Part shown: positions 27,030-35,997 of the stretch, piece after piece | How positions within the stretch are numbered: the stretch's first letter is position 1 | Layout of the letters: each line of letters begins with the position of its first letter | DNA from: a virus | Strand: one strand, 5' to 3' | DNA: 64,000 nucleotides | Virus record (IMG/VR): IMGVR_UViG_3300045988_084534 | Span: 1 to 64,000 of that record | Position numbers and translations under genes: made by a program | Notes under the pieces: generated by a model | What the model saw: only the letters and a program-made list of their open reading frames with translations | What the model was told of the DNA's origin: nothing | Database searches by the model: none

Positions 27030-27677
27030 ATGGCAAACACTACTAATAAATCTACTACAACTACATCAAAGACAACCACAAAGAAAGAAGCCGTGCCTGT
27101 TGTTGATACAGAGAAGGAACAGCTCAAGGCGCAGCTTGCAGAACAGCAGAAGCGCATGGAAGAAATGATGGCGCAGATGCAGGTTCTTATGCAAGCACAG
27201 AGCAATACTGTAGCACCTGTTAGCTCAGCTAATCCTAACAAGCAGATTGTATTTATCAATATGACCGCTGGTGGTTTGAACCTCAAGGGAACTCGTATGT
27301 ATCATATTGATAATCAGTTTGGCACTAAGAGCGTACAGGAATCTGAGGCTCGTGTTATTGTGGCAAATATGCCCAATACTATTGCTAGTGGCTATGTATA
27401 TATTCCAGATAATGAGTTCCTAGAATCTTGTAACATGGGCGGCGTATATGATGGTATGCTCAATGATGAGCAGATGAAAACGCTACTTAATCAGGACGCG
27501 AATTATGTCTGTGATGTATTTGAAAATGCGACTGATTCTCAAAAGCGCATCATTATTGACATGGTTTCTGATAGACAGCTTAACGGTAAGCCTGTTGACG
27601 CTAATATTCTAGTTCGTCTTGGCAAGCTGACAGGAGTAGATTTCTTAGATATTGAACCCCTTGATGACAAGGAGTGA
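27030..27677 (+). CDS. hypothetical structural protein with Thr-rich N-terminus
   Basis: ORF track; RBS. Confidence 0.6.
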   Translation: MANTTNKSTTTTSKTTTKKEAVPVVDTEKEQLKAQLAEQQKRMEEMMAQMQVLMQAQSNTVAPVSSANPNKQIVFINMTAGGLNLKGTRMYHIDNQFGTKSVQESEARVIVANMPNTIASGYVYIPDNEFLESCNMGGVYDGMLNDEQMKTLLNQDANYVCDVFENATDSQKRIIIDMVSDRQLNGKPVDANILVRLGKLTGVDFLDIEPLDDKE

Positions 27678-27683
27678 TAAATT

Positions 27684-28124
27684 ATGGCAACATCATTTGA
27701 TGTTATTGGACAAAGAGCATTAAGTGTAATTGATGACTATAAATTGCGCAAGCTATATGATGCAAACATTGAGCTGTTTTACGACAAGATTGATGGTTGG
27801 GTCATTAGTTCAGCCGCAAAGTTTATAGAATGTGAGCAACCCCTAACATACGATTTAGAGCTTAGACAATTTGACGCAGATTTAACAGATTTAGAGATTC
27901 AGATTCTTGCCGAATATTGGGTTATATACTGGTGGCGCGGCGAGACGGACGTAGCAACACAGATTGCGCAAAAACTTAAAGTTCCATCATCTTTCCAGAT
28001 GGATGGTGTATCCTCGCAGAATTTCAAAGAAAAACAGAACGTCATTGATAAGCTAGAAGAAGATGTAGATAGGCTCATTCACGATAAATATCAGCTCTTA
28101 TATCTATCCTCCTATAATTATTAA
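27684..28124 (+). CDS. head-tail connector/adaptor candidate
   Basis: Position only. Confidence 0.4.
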   Translation: MATSFDVIGQRALSVIDDYKLRKLYDANIELFYDKIDGWVISSAAKFIECEQPLTYDLELRQFDADLTDLEIQILAEYWVIYWWRGETDVATQIAQKLKVPSSFQMDGVSSQNFKEKQNVIDKLEEDVDRLIHDKYQLLYLSSYNY

Positions 28125-28138
28125 AGAGGGGTGGATAT

Positions 28139-28405
28139 ATGAGTAGAACAGACAAGCAAGATAAAATTCATGCTTTATATAAAGTCCTGTTGTTGTTTGA
28201 AGATTTGACCAGTCTTGAGCCGACAATCGAAGAAGCCGACTATACAGCATATTGTGAGCGGCTATCTGTGCGATTTAGGGCGGTTGATGGAGAAATCGCT
28301 GATACATTGGCAGGATTAAGCAAAATGGGGCTTGAGCTTACTCATCCTATTATTCGTTCATGTGTATTGCGCATGACGAACAGGATTGAAAGGATGGGTG
28401 ATTGA
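28139..28405 (+). CDS. hypothetical protein (88 aa)
   Basis: ORF track; RBS. Confidence 0.6.
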   Translation: MSRTDKQDKIHALYKVLLLFEDLTSLEPTIEEADYTAYCERLSVRFRAVDGEIADTLAGLSKMGLELTHPIIRSCVLRMTNRIERMGD

Positions 28406-28406
28406 T

Positions 28407-29159
28407 ATGGCATATGAGGTGTTCCAATATCAATCAAACCCTAATGATTATTACCGCGATTTGACGCAAGAATACATTTGTGCGCAATGGGATAACACGT
28501 CTGCTAAAACTCCTGAAAATGGCGGTGAATTACTAGAACAAAATGGAATAGGATATAATGAATATAGTTGTGTTCAAGCATGGGTTGCGCCTACTGTGGC
28601 AACTACGAGTACAGGTTACAAGGATACTGCTGATTTCCTACAGCTAATATTCAGAGATATTAACCATCTATCAATTAGAGGACTATATTATCAATTCCAT
28701 AACGATTTTTGGATTGCCCATGATTCTGGTGAATTTGATGGCTTGCCTCGTGGTGTCGGTGTGCGCCGTTGCAACAATGTTATGCGGATTAAAGATGAGG
28801 TCAATGACACAACCTTTAGTGCACCATGCGTTGTTGAATATGATATGCAATCGCCATCCCCACAGGTAAGTACACCTATTATTACGCCAAATAACCATGC
28901 CGTTGTTATGGTACAGGGCAATGAGGATGTATATAGACTATTCAAGCTAAATACCAGATATATTCTAGGCGGCAGACCATTTAAGCTGTTATCATATCAG
29001 AATGCAATCAATTCTGTTGGTATAAAAAAGCCAACGCTGCTTTATCTTGACCTATATCTTGATGAGGCTCATGCTGGTGATGATATTGAGAATCAGCTTG
29101 CGGATAATAGCTCTGTTGATTATCCAATGGATGAAAACACGCCATTTCCAATGGGCTAA
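28407..29159 (+). CDS. hypothetical structural protein (250 aa)
   Basis: ORF track 28386..29159; ATG 28407 (MAYEVFQY) is preferred. Confidence 0.6.
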   Translation: MAYEVFQYQSNPNDYYRDLTQEYICAQWDNTSAKTPENGGELLEQNGIGYNEYSCVQAWVAPTVATTSTGYKDTADFLQLIFRDINHLSIRGLYYQFHNDFWIAHDSGEFDGLPRGVGVRRCNNVMRIKDEVNDTTFSAPCVVEYDMQSPSPQVSTPIITPNNHAVVMVQGNEDVYRLFKLNTRYILGGRPFKLLSYQNAINSVGIKKPTLLYLDLYLDEAHAGDDIENQLADNSSVDYPMDENTPFPMG

Positions 29160-29173
29160 AGGAGGGCGGTTAG

Positions 29174-29752
29174 ATGTATAATTCATTAAGTCGTTTACCG
29201 ACAATACCATATAATATTATGGTATACCTAGCAAAATCGACCGACCCTATTGCTGAGGTCTTTTGGAAGATGCTGGCATATAAGGACTATAAGGCGTTGA
29301 GCCATGAGCCGCTTACATTTCAACAGAAGATGAAGCTAGTATGGGCACAGAATAAGCAGGACACATATAGTGTATTTTTAACCAATCTGATTGAGGATGC
29401 TATGGCTGAATCTAAGCAGATCGTTAAGATATATCAGTATTATATTCATGCTTCTGAACTATATACTAGTACAGTAGTCTATGCGTTTGATTGTCTATAT
29501 GGCGGTCAAATGAGCCTAGTTGAATATAACGGCATTCCTGTTAATCGTGGCGATTTATTCATTCATTGTGTATTATCGCTACTCAACGGCGCAGAAGTAG
29601 GTGGTGTTGGGCAGATAGTATTTTTAGATGATATGAGCCGATATAATGCGGCGAGATCAACAATTGGCAATAATAAAACATTTACAGGCGTACAACTATA
29701 TATGAGCGTAAAGGTAGGGGACACAGGAAGGAAGGACGGCTGTGGCGCTTGA
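29174..29752 (+). CDS. hypothetical structural protein (192 aa)
   Basis: ORF track; RBS AAGGAGG. Confidence 0.6.
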   Translation: MYNSLSRLPTIPYNIMVYLAKSTDPIAEVFWKMLAYKDYKALSHEPLTFQQKMKLVWAQNKQDTYSVFLTNLIEDAMAESKQIVKIYQYYIHASELYTSTVVYAFDCLYGGQMSLVEYNGIPVNRGDLFIHCVLSLLNGAEVGGVGQIVFLDDMSRYNAARSTIGNNKTFTGVQLYMSVKVGDTGRKDGCGA

Positions 29753-30566
29753 TTTTAAGCTATTAGAAAAAGCCTATTTCTATTTTGATAAGCCAGTTCC
29801 CTACAAGCTGAATAATGAAAAAAATGTTTTAATAAAGCCTATATATGTACCAGATGAGGAGATTTTTTTGGCAAGCGCTAACATCTTGCAAATAGACAAG
29901 AACTCGTCCTCATCTGTTGAAATAATCCAGATGTCCTATTTGGACTTTTTAATTGATATATTGCTACCAGCAGACGAATCCGGCACATTATGTGATAAAC
30001 TGTATAACATCCTGCATCTTTGCTTGGGTATTGAGGATTTTTGGATAAAGACAGATGACAAGGGGCGGCATTCTCTATATGCGAAGAAAGAAGATATAGA
30101 AATTAACCGCAGACAATTTGACGATATTCGGCGCATTATCATGTATCAGAATATTTTAGGATATGATGATGAATATATCGATCCAGAGATTAAAGCAATG
30201 ATGGCAAAGGTAGATCAGATAAAGGGCGGCGATATAGAGATGCCATCTATTGAGCGGCAGTTCGCTATTGTCACGGCTCATTGTGGCTTATCTAAATCAG
30301 AGCAGATGAAAATGACTATGCGTTCACATCAATTGCTATTCAAGGAATGCGCGGCAGAAGTGGACTTTATCACGATTCGACCCATTGCCTTGAATAATGG
30401 CAAAGCAAAAGATTTGGAACACTGGATTTTCCGCAAAAAGCACGACAAATTTGATGGATACATGGTATCTATGAAAGATTATAAAAAGAGCTTTGGCGGT
30501 GAAGGTAATATATCTCAAATGAATCCTAATAGCGAAATAGCTAAATTATTAAGCAAACAAAATTAA
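29742..30566 (+). CDS. hypothetical structural protein (274 aa)
   Basis: GTG start after aggaaggaagga; overlaps the previous gene by 11 nt. Confidence 0.6.
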   Translation: MALDFKLLEKAYFYFDKPVPYKLNNEKNVLIKPIYVPDEEIFLASANILQIDKNSSSSVEIIQMSYLDFLIDILLPADESGTLCDKLYNILHLCLGIEDFWIKTDDKGRHSLYAKKEDIEINRRQFDDIRRIIMYQNILGYDDEYIDPEIKAMMAKVDQIKGGDIEMPSIERQFAIVTAHCGLSKSEQMKMTMRSHQLLFKECAAEVDFITIRPIALNNGKAKDLEHWIFRKKHDKFDGYMVSMKDYKKSFGGEGNISQMNPNSEIAKLLSKQN

Positions 30567-30580
30567 GGAGGAAAAATTTA

Positions 30581-31645
30581 ATGAGCGAAAGATTCCTTGC
30601 CAATGTTGGCACTGCGCTTATTTTTAAGGGCGACGAATTTGTTGCGGTTGCGGATACCCTGACAGAAAACACATTCTCTTTCAGTGCAACTCCTAACGAA
30701 GTTCGTGGCGGCAAGTCTAATCCGCTACTCGGTCGTTGGTTTAGCGACTCTACAATGAATGTCACTCTTACTAACGCTACTTTTAAGCTAGAGTATCTAG
30801 CATGGACTCTTGGCACGACTATTGAACAGGGCGGTACTGGTATCTATGAATCCACTGGTGACGGTGAGAAGGTCGTTACCGCTGGTAGCATTGAGCTGAC
30901 CCAGAAGCCCGCCGCATTCAATGGCACAATGATTGGCTGGTACAAGAAGCCCGCTGATGTTGCTTGGTCTATTGGTCAGATTACTACAACTGCAAATAAG
31001 TATTATCTTGGGATTCCTAATTCTCAGGTCAATGAGTTCTACTGCGTTAAGTATCCATATATGGACGAGAATGCCCGTATGATTACGATTCCCGCTGACT
31101 TCAATCCAGAAGAGCTGCACGTTGTTATTCTTAATGACGAGTATAATGCTGATGCTGGCTCTAGCTCTCGTTCTGTTGTTGGTCGTCTAATCACAGATAT
31201 TCCTCGTCTTGGTCTTGACCCCTCACAGGATTTGACGCTAAATGCGACCAGCTCTGCGCCTACTCAGCTAAGTGGTACTGCATTCCGTTACAACCTTGGT
31301 GGCGGCTGTACTTCTGAGGCGGCATATGGCACGATGACCGAGCAGGTCTATGATGCTAAGTGGCAGGACAATGTAATTGCTCTAGCCGCTGAGAACGTTG
31401 ATGTTTCACTAGCCGCTAATGAGACTGAAACCGCTGTCATTCGCGCCGTCTTTGGTGCTGGCGTGGCTTCTAAGGTGTATGACAACTCTTATTTCACTTT
31501 CACTAGCTCTGCGGATGGTACTGCCACTGTGGATAACAAGGGTGTTATCAAGGGTGTTGCGGCAGGCACGGCTTACATTTCTGCACAGCTAACCGGCTAT
31601 GATAAGGTTGCTCCTGCAATCATTGAGGTAGAGGTTACTGCTTAA
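30581..31645 (+). CDS. major tail (tube) protein with C-terminal Big_2-like Ig domain
   Basis: Called by position. The C-terminus TVDNKGVIKGVAAGTAYISAQLTG..IEVEV is Big_2-like. A strong terminator follows. Confidence 0.55.
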   Translation: MSERFLANVGTALIFKGDEFVAVADTLTENTFSFSATPNEVRGGKSNPLLGRWFSDSTMNVTLTNATFKLEYLAWTLGTTIEQGGTGIYESTGDGEKVVTAGSIELTQKPAAFNGTMIGWYKKPADVAWSIGQITTTANKYYLGIPNSQVNEFYCVKYPYMDENARMITIPADFNPEELHVVILNDEYNADAGSSSRSVVGRLITDIPRLGLDPSQDLTLNATSSAPTQLSGTAFRYNLGGGCTSEAAYGTMTEQVYDAKWQDNVIALAAENVDVSLAANETETAVIRAVFGAGVASKVYDNSYFTFTSSADGTATVDNKGVIKGVAAGTAYISAQLTGYDKVAPAIIEVEVTA

Positions 31646-31654
31646 TTCATTTAA

Positions 31655-31685
31655 TAGGGAGGGCAATAGTCCTCCCTATTTTTTA
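31655..31685 (+). terminator. intrinsic terminator after the major tail gene
   Basis: tagggagg gcaatagt cctcccta + tttttt. Confidence 0.8.
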
Positions 31686-31698
31686 ACTTGGAGGATAT

Positions 31699-32016
31699 AT
31701 GTGTAAATATGCTAAAGAAAACATATGTACCGTGACAAATGAAATATGCCCATGGATGTTTTTATGCTCTAAAGATGGGCAATGGAAGCCAAATAAATAT
31801 ATGCCGCAAGATTGCCCACAAGCAAGCAAAGCTGAGATTCCAAGCGGATATTATAATGTGCGCATGATTAAGGGTGACTGGCTATATGTGGATCTAGGCG
31901 ACAGAACAATCAAGCTAAAGAACACATTATCATATGTGCCGAAATTTGTCAAGCTGATTAAAAGAAACGGTGAATATAGGATTAAAAAGGAAGGTAAAGG
32001 AAATGAAGGAAATTAA
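31699..32016 (+). CDS. hypothetical Cys-containing protein (105 aa)
   Basis: ORF track; RBS ggagga. Confidence 0.55.
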   Translation: MCKYAKENICTVTNEICPWMFLCSKDGQWKPNKYMPQDCPQASKAEIPSGYYNVRMIKGDWLYVDLGDRTIKLKNTLSYVPKFVKLIKRNGEYRIKKEGKGNEGN

Positions 32017-32395
32017 GAAAGAAAACAAACTATATCTAAATGATTACGACATCAATGTTAGCCCATATTTGACATATGCTGAGATTCAGACGATTGCCAA
32101 CAAGGTCAAGGCGCTGGATTCTTGGGCAGAGCGTGAAGAAACGATTGATATGTATGTGCTATATTTTGCCACTGATATTGGCAAGGCAAATATTGATAAT
32201 TACAATCACGATACATGGCTAAAATCTGGTATCATTGATGCCGTCAAGAGTTGTATTAAGAATCTTGAGCAAATTACAGAAGCAATCAAATATGAGGAAA
32301 GCCCGATGCGCATTCTAATGCAGATTTCTAAGGAAATGCCGGAATTTAGCAAGAAGCTGGATGAGGTGCTTAAAGATGCCCCAAGCAAAAAATGA
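32003..32395 (+). CDS. hypothetical protein (130 aa), possible tail assembly chaperone by position
   Basis: ORF track 31970..32395; ATG 32003 is preferred. Confidence 0.45.
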   Translation: MKEIKKENKLYLNDYDINVSPYLTYAEIQTIANKVKALDSWAEREETIDMYVLYFATDIGKANIDNYNHDTWLKSGIIDAVKSCIKNLEQITEAIKYEESPMRILMQISKEMPEFSKKLDEVLKDAPSKK

Positions 32396-32930
32396 GGAAG
32401 AGCTAAGAAAGGCGCTAAGGCCAGCCATTCAAAAGGCGTGTAATTATGTCATCCAAAAGATATGGAATGAAAACAGGGAAATTGTGCGTGTTGTAGTATA
32501 TGAAGCTGGTATACCAGAAGAATATAATAGAACTATGGGATTTTTGAATGCGTGGGAATATACCCAAGAATCACATAATCCGACAAACAAAGATGGCTAT
32601 GCTAAATTTTATTACAAGCCAAACGAAATGAATGTTGGTAGTACGAATTATGGCGCTTCTGACTATGCTCAACATATTGGCGTATCTGGTGAATATCAAG
32701 GTAAGGATGCAAGATATTATCTAGCTGACATTATATATCATATGAACGGATGCAAAGGCGCGGGTGATGCGTTTGGCGATGGATATTGGCGCAAAGCTAG
32801 AAACGCATGGATTGAACTCAACAAGCGCATAGGTAGGCGCAAAATAAAGCAATGGTTCAAAGAGGGCTTTGAGAAAGCTGGTCTTACTGTAAAAATGCAC
32901 AATGAGCCTATTAAAGTGACGGAGAGTTAG
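32376..32930 (+). CDS. hypothetical protein (184 aa)
   Basis: ORF track 32361..32930; ATG 32376 follows gaggtg. Confidence 0.55.
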   Translation: MPQAKNEEELRKALRPAIQKACNYVIQKIWNENREIVRVVVYEAGIPEEYNRTMGFLNAWEYTQESHNPTNKDGYAKFYYKPNEMNVGSTNYGASDYAQHIGVSGEYQGKDARYYLADIIYHMNGCKGAGDAFGDGYWRKARNAWIELNKRIGRRKIKQWFKEGFEKAGLTVKMHNEPIKVTES

Positions 32931-32931
32931 T

Positions 32932-33435
32932 ATGATTATATGTGGTATTGATGCAAGCACCTCTTGCACTGGATGGAGCATTTTCAAAGATGACAAATTG
33001 ATTACATATGGTGCGATTAAGCCGCATGGTGAAGATTGGCGCGGCAGAGTTATGGATTTAACTATGGCGCTTTCAGAGATATTCAAAATCCATAGACCAA
33101 ATATTATATATATGGAAGATGTGCCAATGAAAAAAGGCTCTTTGACCATTGAAAAGCTAGGAGCGGTTCAAGGTGTTGTATTGGCATTATGTGCGGCATG
33201 TAAAATCAAGCCATGCTTCTTGTTGCCAAGTAAATGGCGTAGCGACCTTAATCTTTTTGATGGAACTAGAGCTGGTCTACAAAGAGATGTTCTGAAGAAA
33301 AAAGCCATAGAGATGGTGAATGAGGAATTTGGATTAAATTTAACATGGGTTGCTCCAAGTAGCAAAAAAAACGACGATGATATAGCAGAGTCCATTTTGA
33401 TTGCTTACTCACAGATAAAACAAAGGGGAGTGTGA
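32932..33435 (+). CDS. RuvC-like Holliday junction resolvase
   Basis: ICGIDASTSCTGW, IYMEDV and DDDIAESILIA are the acidic catalytic positions of the RuvC/RNase H fold. Confidence 0.75.
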   Translation: MIICGIDASTSCTGWSIFKDDKLITYGAIKPHGEDWRGRVMDLTMALSEIFKIHRPNIIYMEDVPMKKGSLTIEKLGAVQGVVLALCAACKIKPCFLLPSKWRSDLNLFDGTRAGLQRDVLKKKAIEMVNEEFGLNLTWVAPSSKKNDDDIAESILIAYSQIKQRGV

Positions 33436-33438
33436 TGA

Positions 33439-33730
33439 ATGGCAAAAACAAACAGTAATTACTCCATCATTGCTGATGTTGAGCTTGAGCTAAAAAATGC
33501 GCAAAAACAATTAAACGAGTTTAGGAAAGATAATAAATTAAATCTTGACTTAAATGTTAAAGGTTCTAAAAGTTTATCTGACGCAGATGGTAAAGTAAAA
33601 AAATTAGATGATTCTACCAGAGACCTAGTTTTTACATATCAGCAATTTAGACAGGTGCTAGATTCTGTTGTTGATGTTACTGGCAAAATGGTGGAACAAG
33701 TCAAGACGCTGGATGCGGCACAGACAGAGT
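33439..33730 (+). CDS. tail tape measure protein, exon 1 of 5
   Basis: Coiled-coil N-terminus. The ORF terminates 8 codons after the proposed splice site. Confidence 0.7.
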
Positions 33731-34997
33731 TAATCTTTAGCTCGCTTTCGTTGTAAAACGATTGAAAAATAACCCATTGAATTGCTGGAAACCCCTTAGA
33801 GCTGTCATGCTAAAGCGGAGAGATGAAATACGCTCAAACGTAAATGCTTGAAAAGTTGATAGATTGGGCAATCAGCAGCTAAGACCCGAATAGGGTAAAG
33901 TTCAACGACTATCCCGTAAGGGAGTACACTACAAGCGATTGGTAGTGGAAGTGGTGGGTATCCTAATAGGATAAAGATATAGTCTGGTCTTATAAGAAAT
34001 TATAAGCGCGTAAGCGAATGTAGGAGTAGCGTCCTTTTAATGTAATGATAAGACAAATATTCATAAGGAGGTGAATATGTGTATAGAAGAAAAATAGATT
34101 ATAATTTAGTAAAATCTGAGTTTGATGAGCGTGGATACGAATTATTATCTACAGAATATGTGAATAATGTTACGAAATTGCAATATGTTTGCCCAAAACA
34201 CAGAAACAAAGGTATTTTAGAAACTACATTTGCTAATTTTACAAAGGGAAAAGGATGCCCATATTGTGCAAATAGAGTAAAAAAGACACAAGAAGAATAT
34301 GAGGCAGAGTTAGCAATAAAAAAGCCAACAATTAAAGTAATTGGGAAATATATAAATCTTAAAACAAAGATAGAACATGAATGTGTTGTCTGTGGCTATC
34401 GTTGGGATGTATTGCCAGATAATATGCTACATATGTCAAACGGTTGTCCTAAATGCGGGAAAAGAGCACCATTGAATCAAAATGAGTTAATAAATAGGAT
34501 TGCTAAAATAGATGATTCTATTGAGGTTGTTGGAGAATATTATAATACTGCAACGAAAATGTCTTTTAGGTGTAAGAAATGTGGAAATGTTTGGGAGGCT
34601 AAACCAAATAATATATTGAATGGCAAAGGATGTCCAAATTGCAAATCGTCTAAAGGAGAAAAAGAGGTTGCACGCATTCTTGATGAACTCGATGTATTGT
34701 ATAAACCACAATTTAAGTTTCAGGATTGTAAAGATGAATTGCCACTTCCATTTGACTTTTATCTTCCAGATTATAATATTTGCATAGAATATGATGGTGG
34801 ACAACATTATAAGCCATGCACATTCGGTGGTATTTCTAAAGAGCAAGCAAGAGTGAATTTTGAGCTTGCTAAGAAACATGATAGAATCAAAGATGCGTAT
34901 TGCAAACAACACAACATAAAATTAGTAAGAATCCCGTATTGGGAATATAAAAATATAAGAAATATATTATCATTACATTTACATTAAACACAAAACG
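33731..34997 (+). mobile_element. group I intron (TMP intron 1) with PD-(D/E)XK-type endonuclease gene
   Basis: P1: gagT (33727-30) / Gctc (33740-43). P7: gactatc (33907-13) / gatatagtc (33976-84). Ends in G34997. The join gives ..AAQTEFKKVSDLSG.., which is in frame. Confidence 0.8.
34079..34987 (+). CDS. intron-encoded endonuclease: three Zn-ribbon modules plus C-terminal Vsr/PD-(D/E)XK-like nuclease
   Basis: Repeated C..H/CPxC modules (CPKH..CPYC, CVVCG..CPKCG, CKKCG..CPNC). C-terminal FDFYLP..ICIEYDGGQHY..DRIKDAYC..NIKLVRIPY. Confidence 0.65.
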   Translation: MYRRKIDYNLVKSEFDERGYELLSTEYVNNVTKLQYVCPKHRNKGILETTFANFTKGKGCPYCANRVKKTQEEYEAELAIKKPTIKVIGKYINLKTKIEHECVVCGYRWDVLPDNMLHMSNGCPKCGKRAPLNQNELINRIAKIDDSIEVVGEYYNTATKMSFRCKKCGNVWEAKPNNILNGKGCPNCKSSKGEKEVARILDELDVLYKPQFKFQDCKDELPLPFDFYLPDYNICIEYDGGQHYKPCTFGGISKEQARVNFELAKKHDRIKDAYCKQHNIKLVRIPYWEYKNIRNILSLHLH

Positions 34998-35086
34998 TTA
35001 AGAAGGTCTCTGACCTGTCTGGTAAAGCATTAGACGCTTATCAAGACAAATTATCAAAAGCCGGTAAGACGGTAGGACGAACTGGT
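34998..35086 (+). CDS. tail tape measure protein, exon 2 of 5 (89 nt)
   Basis: Encodes (F)KKVSDLSGKALDAYQDKLSKAGKTVGRTG. Exons 1+2 total 381 nt, which is in frame. Confidence 0.65.
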
Positions 35087-35423
35087 AAACCAAATCGGTC
35101 TGAGCCAGTATGTACAGATGGTAAATGTGCATAAGGAACAGCCCCTAAACCCTTGAAAGCCTCAAGAGCCTTATCACTACAACATGAGGATGAGATATGC
35201 CTGAGTGTGAATGATTCATTAGTAATGAACAATTAGTGCGAAAGCAGAAAGACGATAAGGATGATTCCATGGGCGAAAGACCTAAAGAATCTGTCATAAA
35301 TAATGTATGATAAAAGGGCAGATTGGGCGCGAAGCCGTGATGAGCGGTGTGTCAACAGAATATACAGGGCGGCCCTCCAAATATATAGGGTGAAGAATTA
35401 TTCGGGAAGGGATTGAAAACCTC

Positions 35424-35452
35424 TTGACAAATTATCTAAGATGTGCTATTGT
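35424..35452 (+). promoter_or_regulatory. sigma-A-like promoter inside the intron, upstream of the cargo ORF
   Basis: TTGACA (35424-29), 17 nt, TGcTATTGT (35447-52). Confidence 0.55.
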
Positions 35453-35487
35453 ATAGATACAATAAATAAAGAAACGAGGTATCTATT

Positions 35488-35703
35488 ATGTTCTTGTCTG
35501 TTATGACCTTTATTATCATTGGCCCGATGCTTGTTATCTCTGGGATTGTCGCGCTGATTAAGGAGCTTTCAAACAGCGGGAAAGGCGATAATCAGAGTCA
35601 GTCGAATCAGAATAAATATAACATTCGCTATGAAACGCCGGAAGAAGAAGAGCGGCGAATCAATGAATGGGGTTATGATGATGAAAGGTGGGGCAGATTG
35701 TGA
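35488..35703 (+). CDS. intron-borne small membrane protein (71 aa), function unknown
   Basis: RBS acgaggt 7-8 nt upstream of the ATG. The N-terminal hydrophobic stretch MFLSVMTFIIIGPMLVISGIVALI looks like a TM helix, followed by a charged tail. The stop lies 5 nt before P7'. Confidence 0.6.
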   Translation: MFLSVMTFIIIGPMLVISGIVALIKELSNSGKGDNQSQSNQNKYNIRYETPEEEERRINEWGYDDERWGRL

Positions 35704-35784
35704 TTTTTGTATATATCTGGTTTGCTATTATGATTGTATTTACCATTCTTTGTGTATTTGATTTTAGATAATTTGTAATCACTG

Positions 35785-35997
35785 TCAGAAATGATTTCTG
35801 CTGCATCGCAGTTCAGAAAATCAGGTTTCAATGATGAAGATGCGGCGACATTAGCCAAGGTTGCGGCGCAGTATCAGAACGTAGCCGACACAGCGGTATC
35901 AGCAGAAGATGCAGCAGCTTCTATTACTTCTCAGATTCGTGCATTTGGTGAAGATGCGGCATTTGCTACTACTGTAATTGATGCTTACAACGAGGTT
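35785..35997 (+). CDS. tail tape measure protein, exon 3 of 5
   Basis: SEMISAASQFRKSGFNDEDAATLAKV..AYNEV; 213 nt, in frame. Confidence 0.7.

Larger units (their letters stand above)
35087..35784 (+). mobile_element. group I intron (TMP intron 2) carrying a non-nuclease cargo gene in P8
   Basis: P1: actggT (35081-86) / Gccagt (35104-09). It shares the agattgggc core with the other introns. P7: cagaatatac (35356-65) / gtatatAtctg (35709-19, one bulged A). Ends in G35784. Confidence 0.7.

Noticed and set aside
31970-32016. Possible programmed frameshift between the two ORFs upstream of the tape measure gene (A-rich attaaaaagg)
   Set aside because: The downstream frame is +1, not -1, relative to the upstream ORF. 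The A run is not in X_XXY_YYZ register (it is preceded by T). An ordinary ATG at 32003 explains the second ORF.
35041-35232. 63-aa minus-strand ORF spanning TMP exon 2 and the start of intron 2
   Set aside because: It is antisense to a well-supported exon and to the intron P1 region, and it has no RBS.
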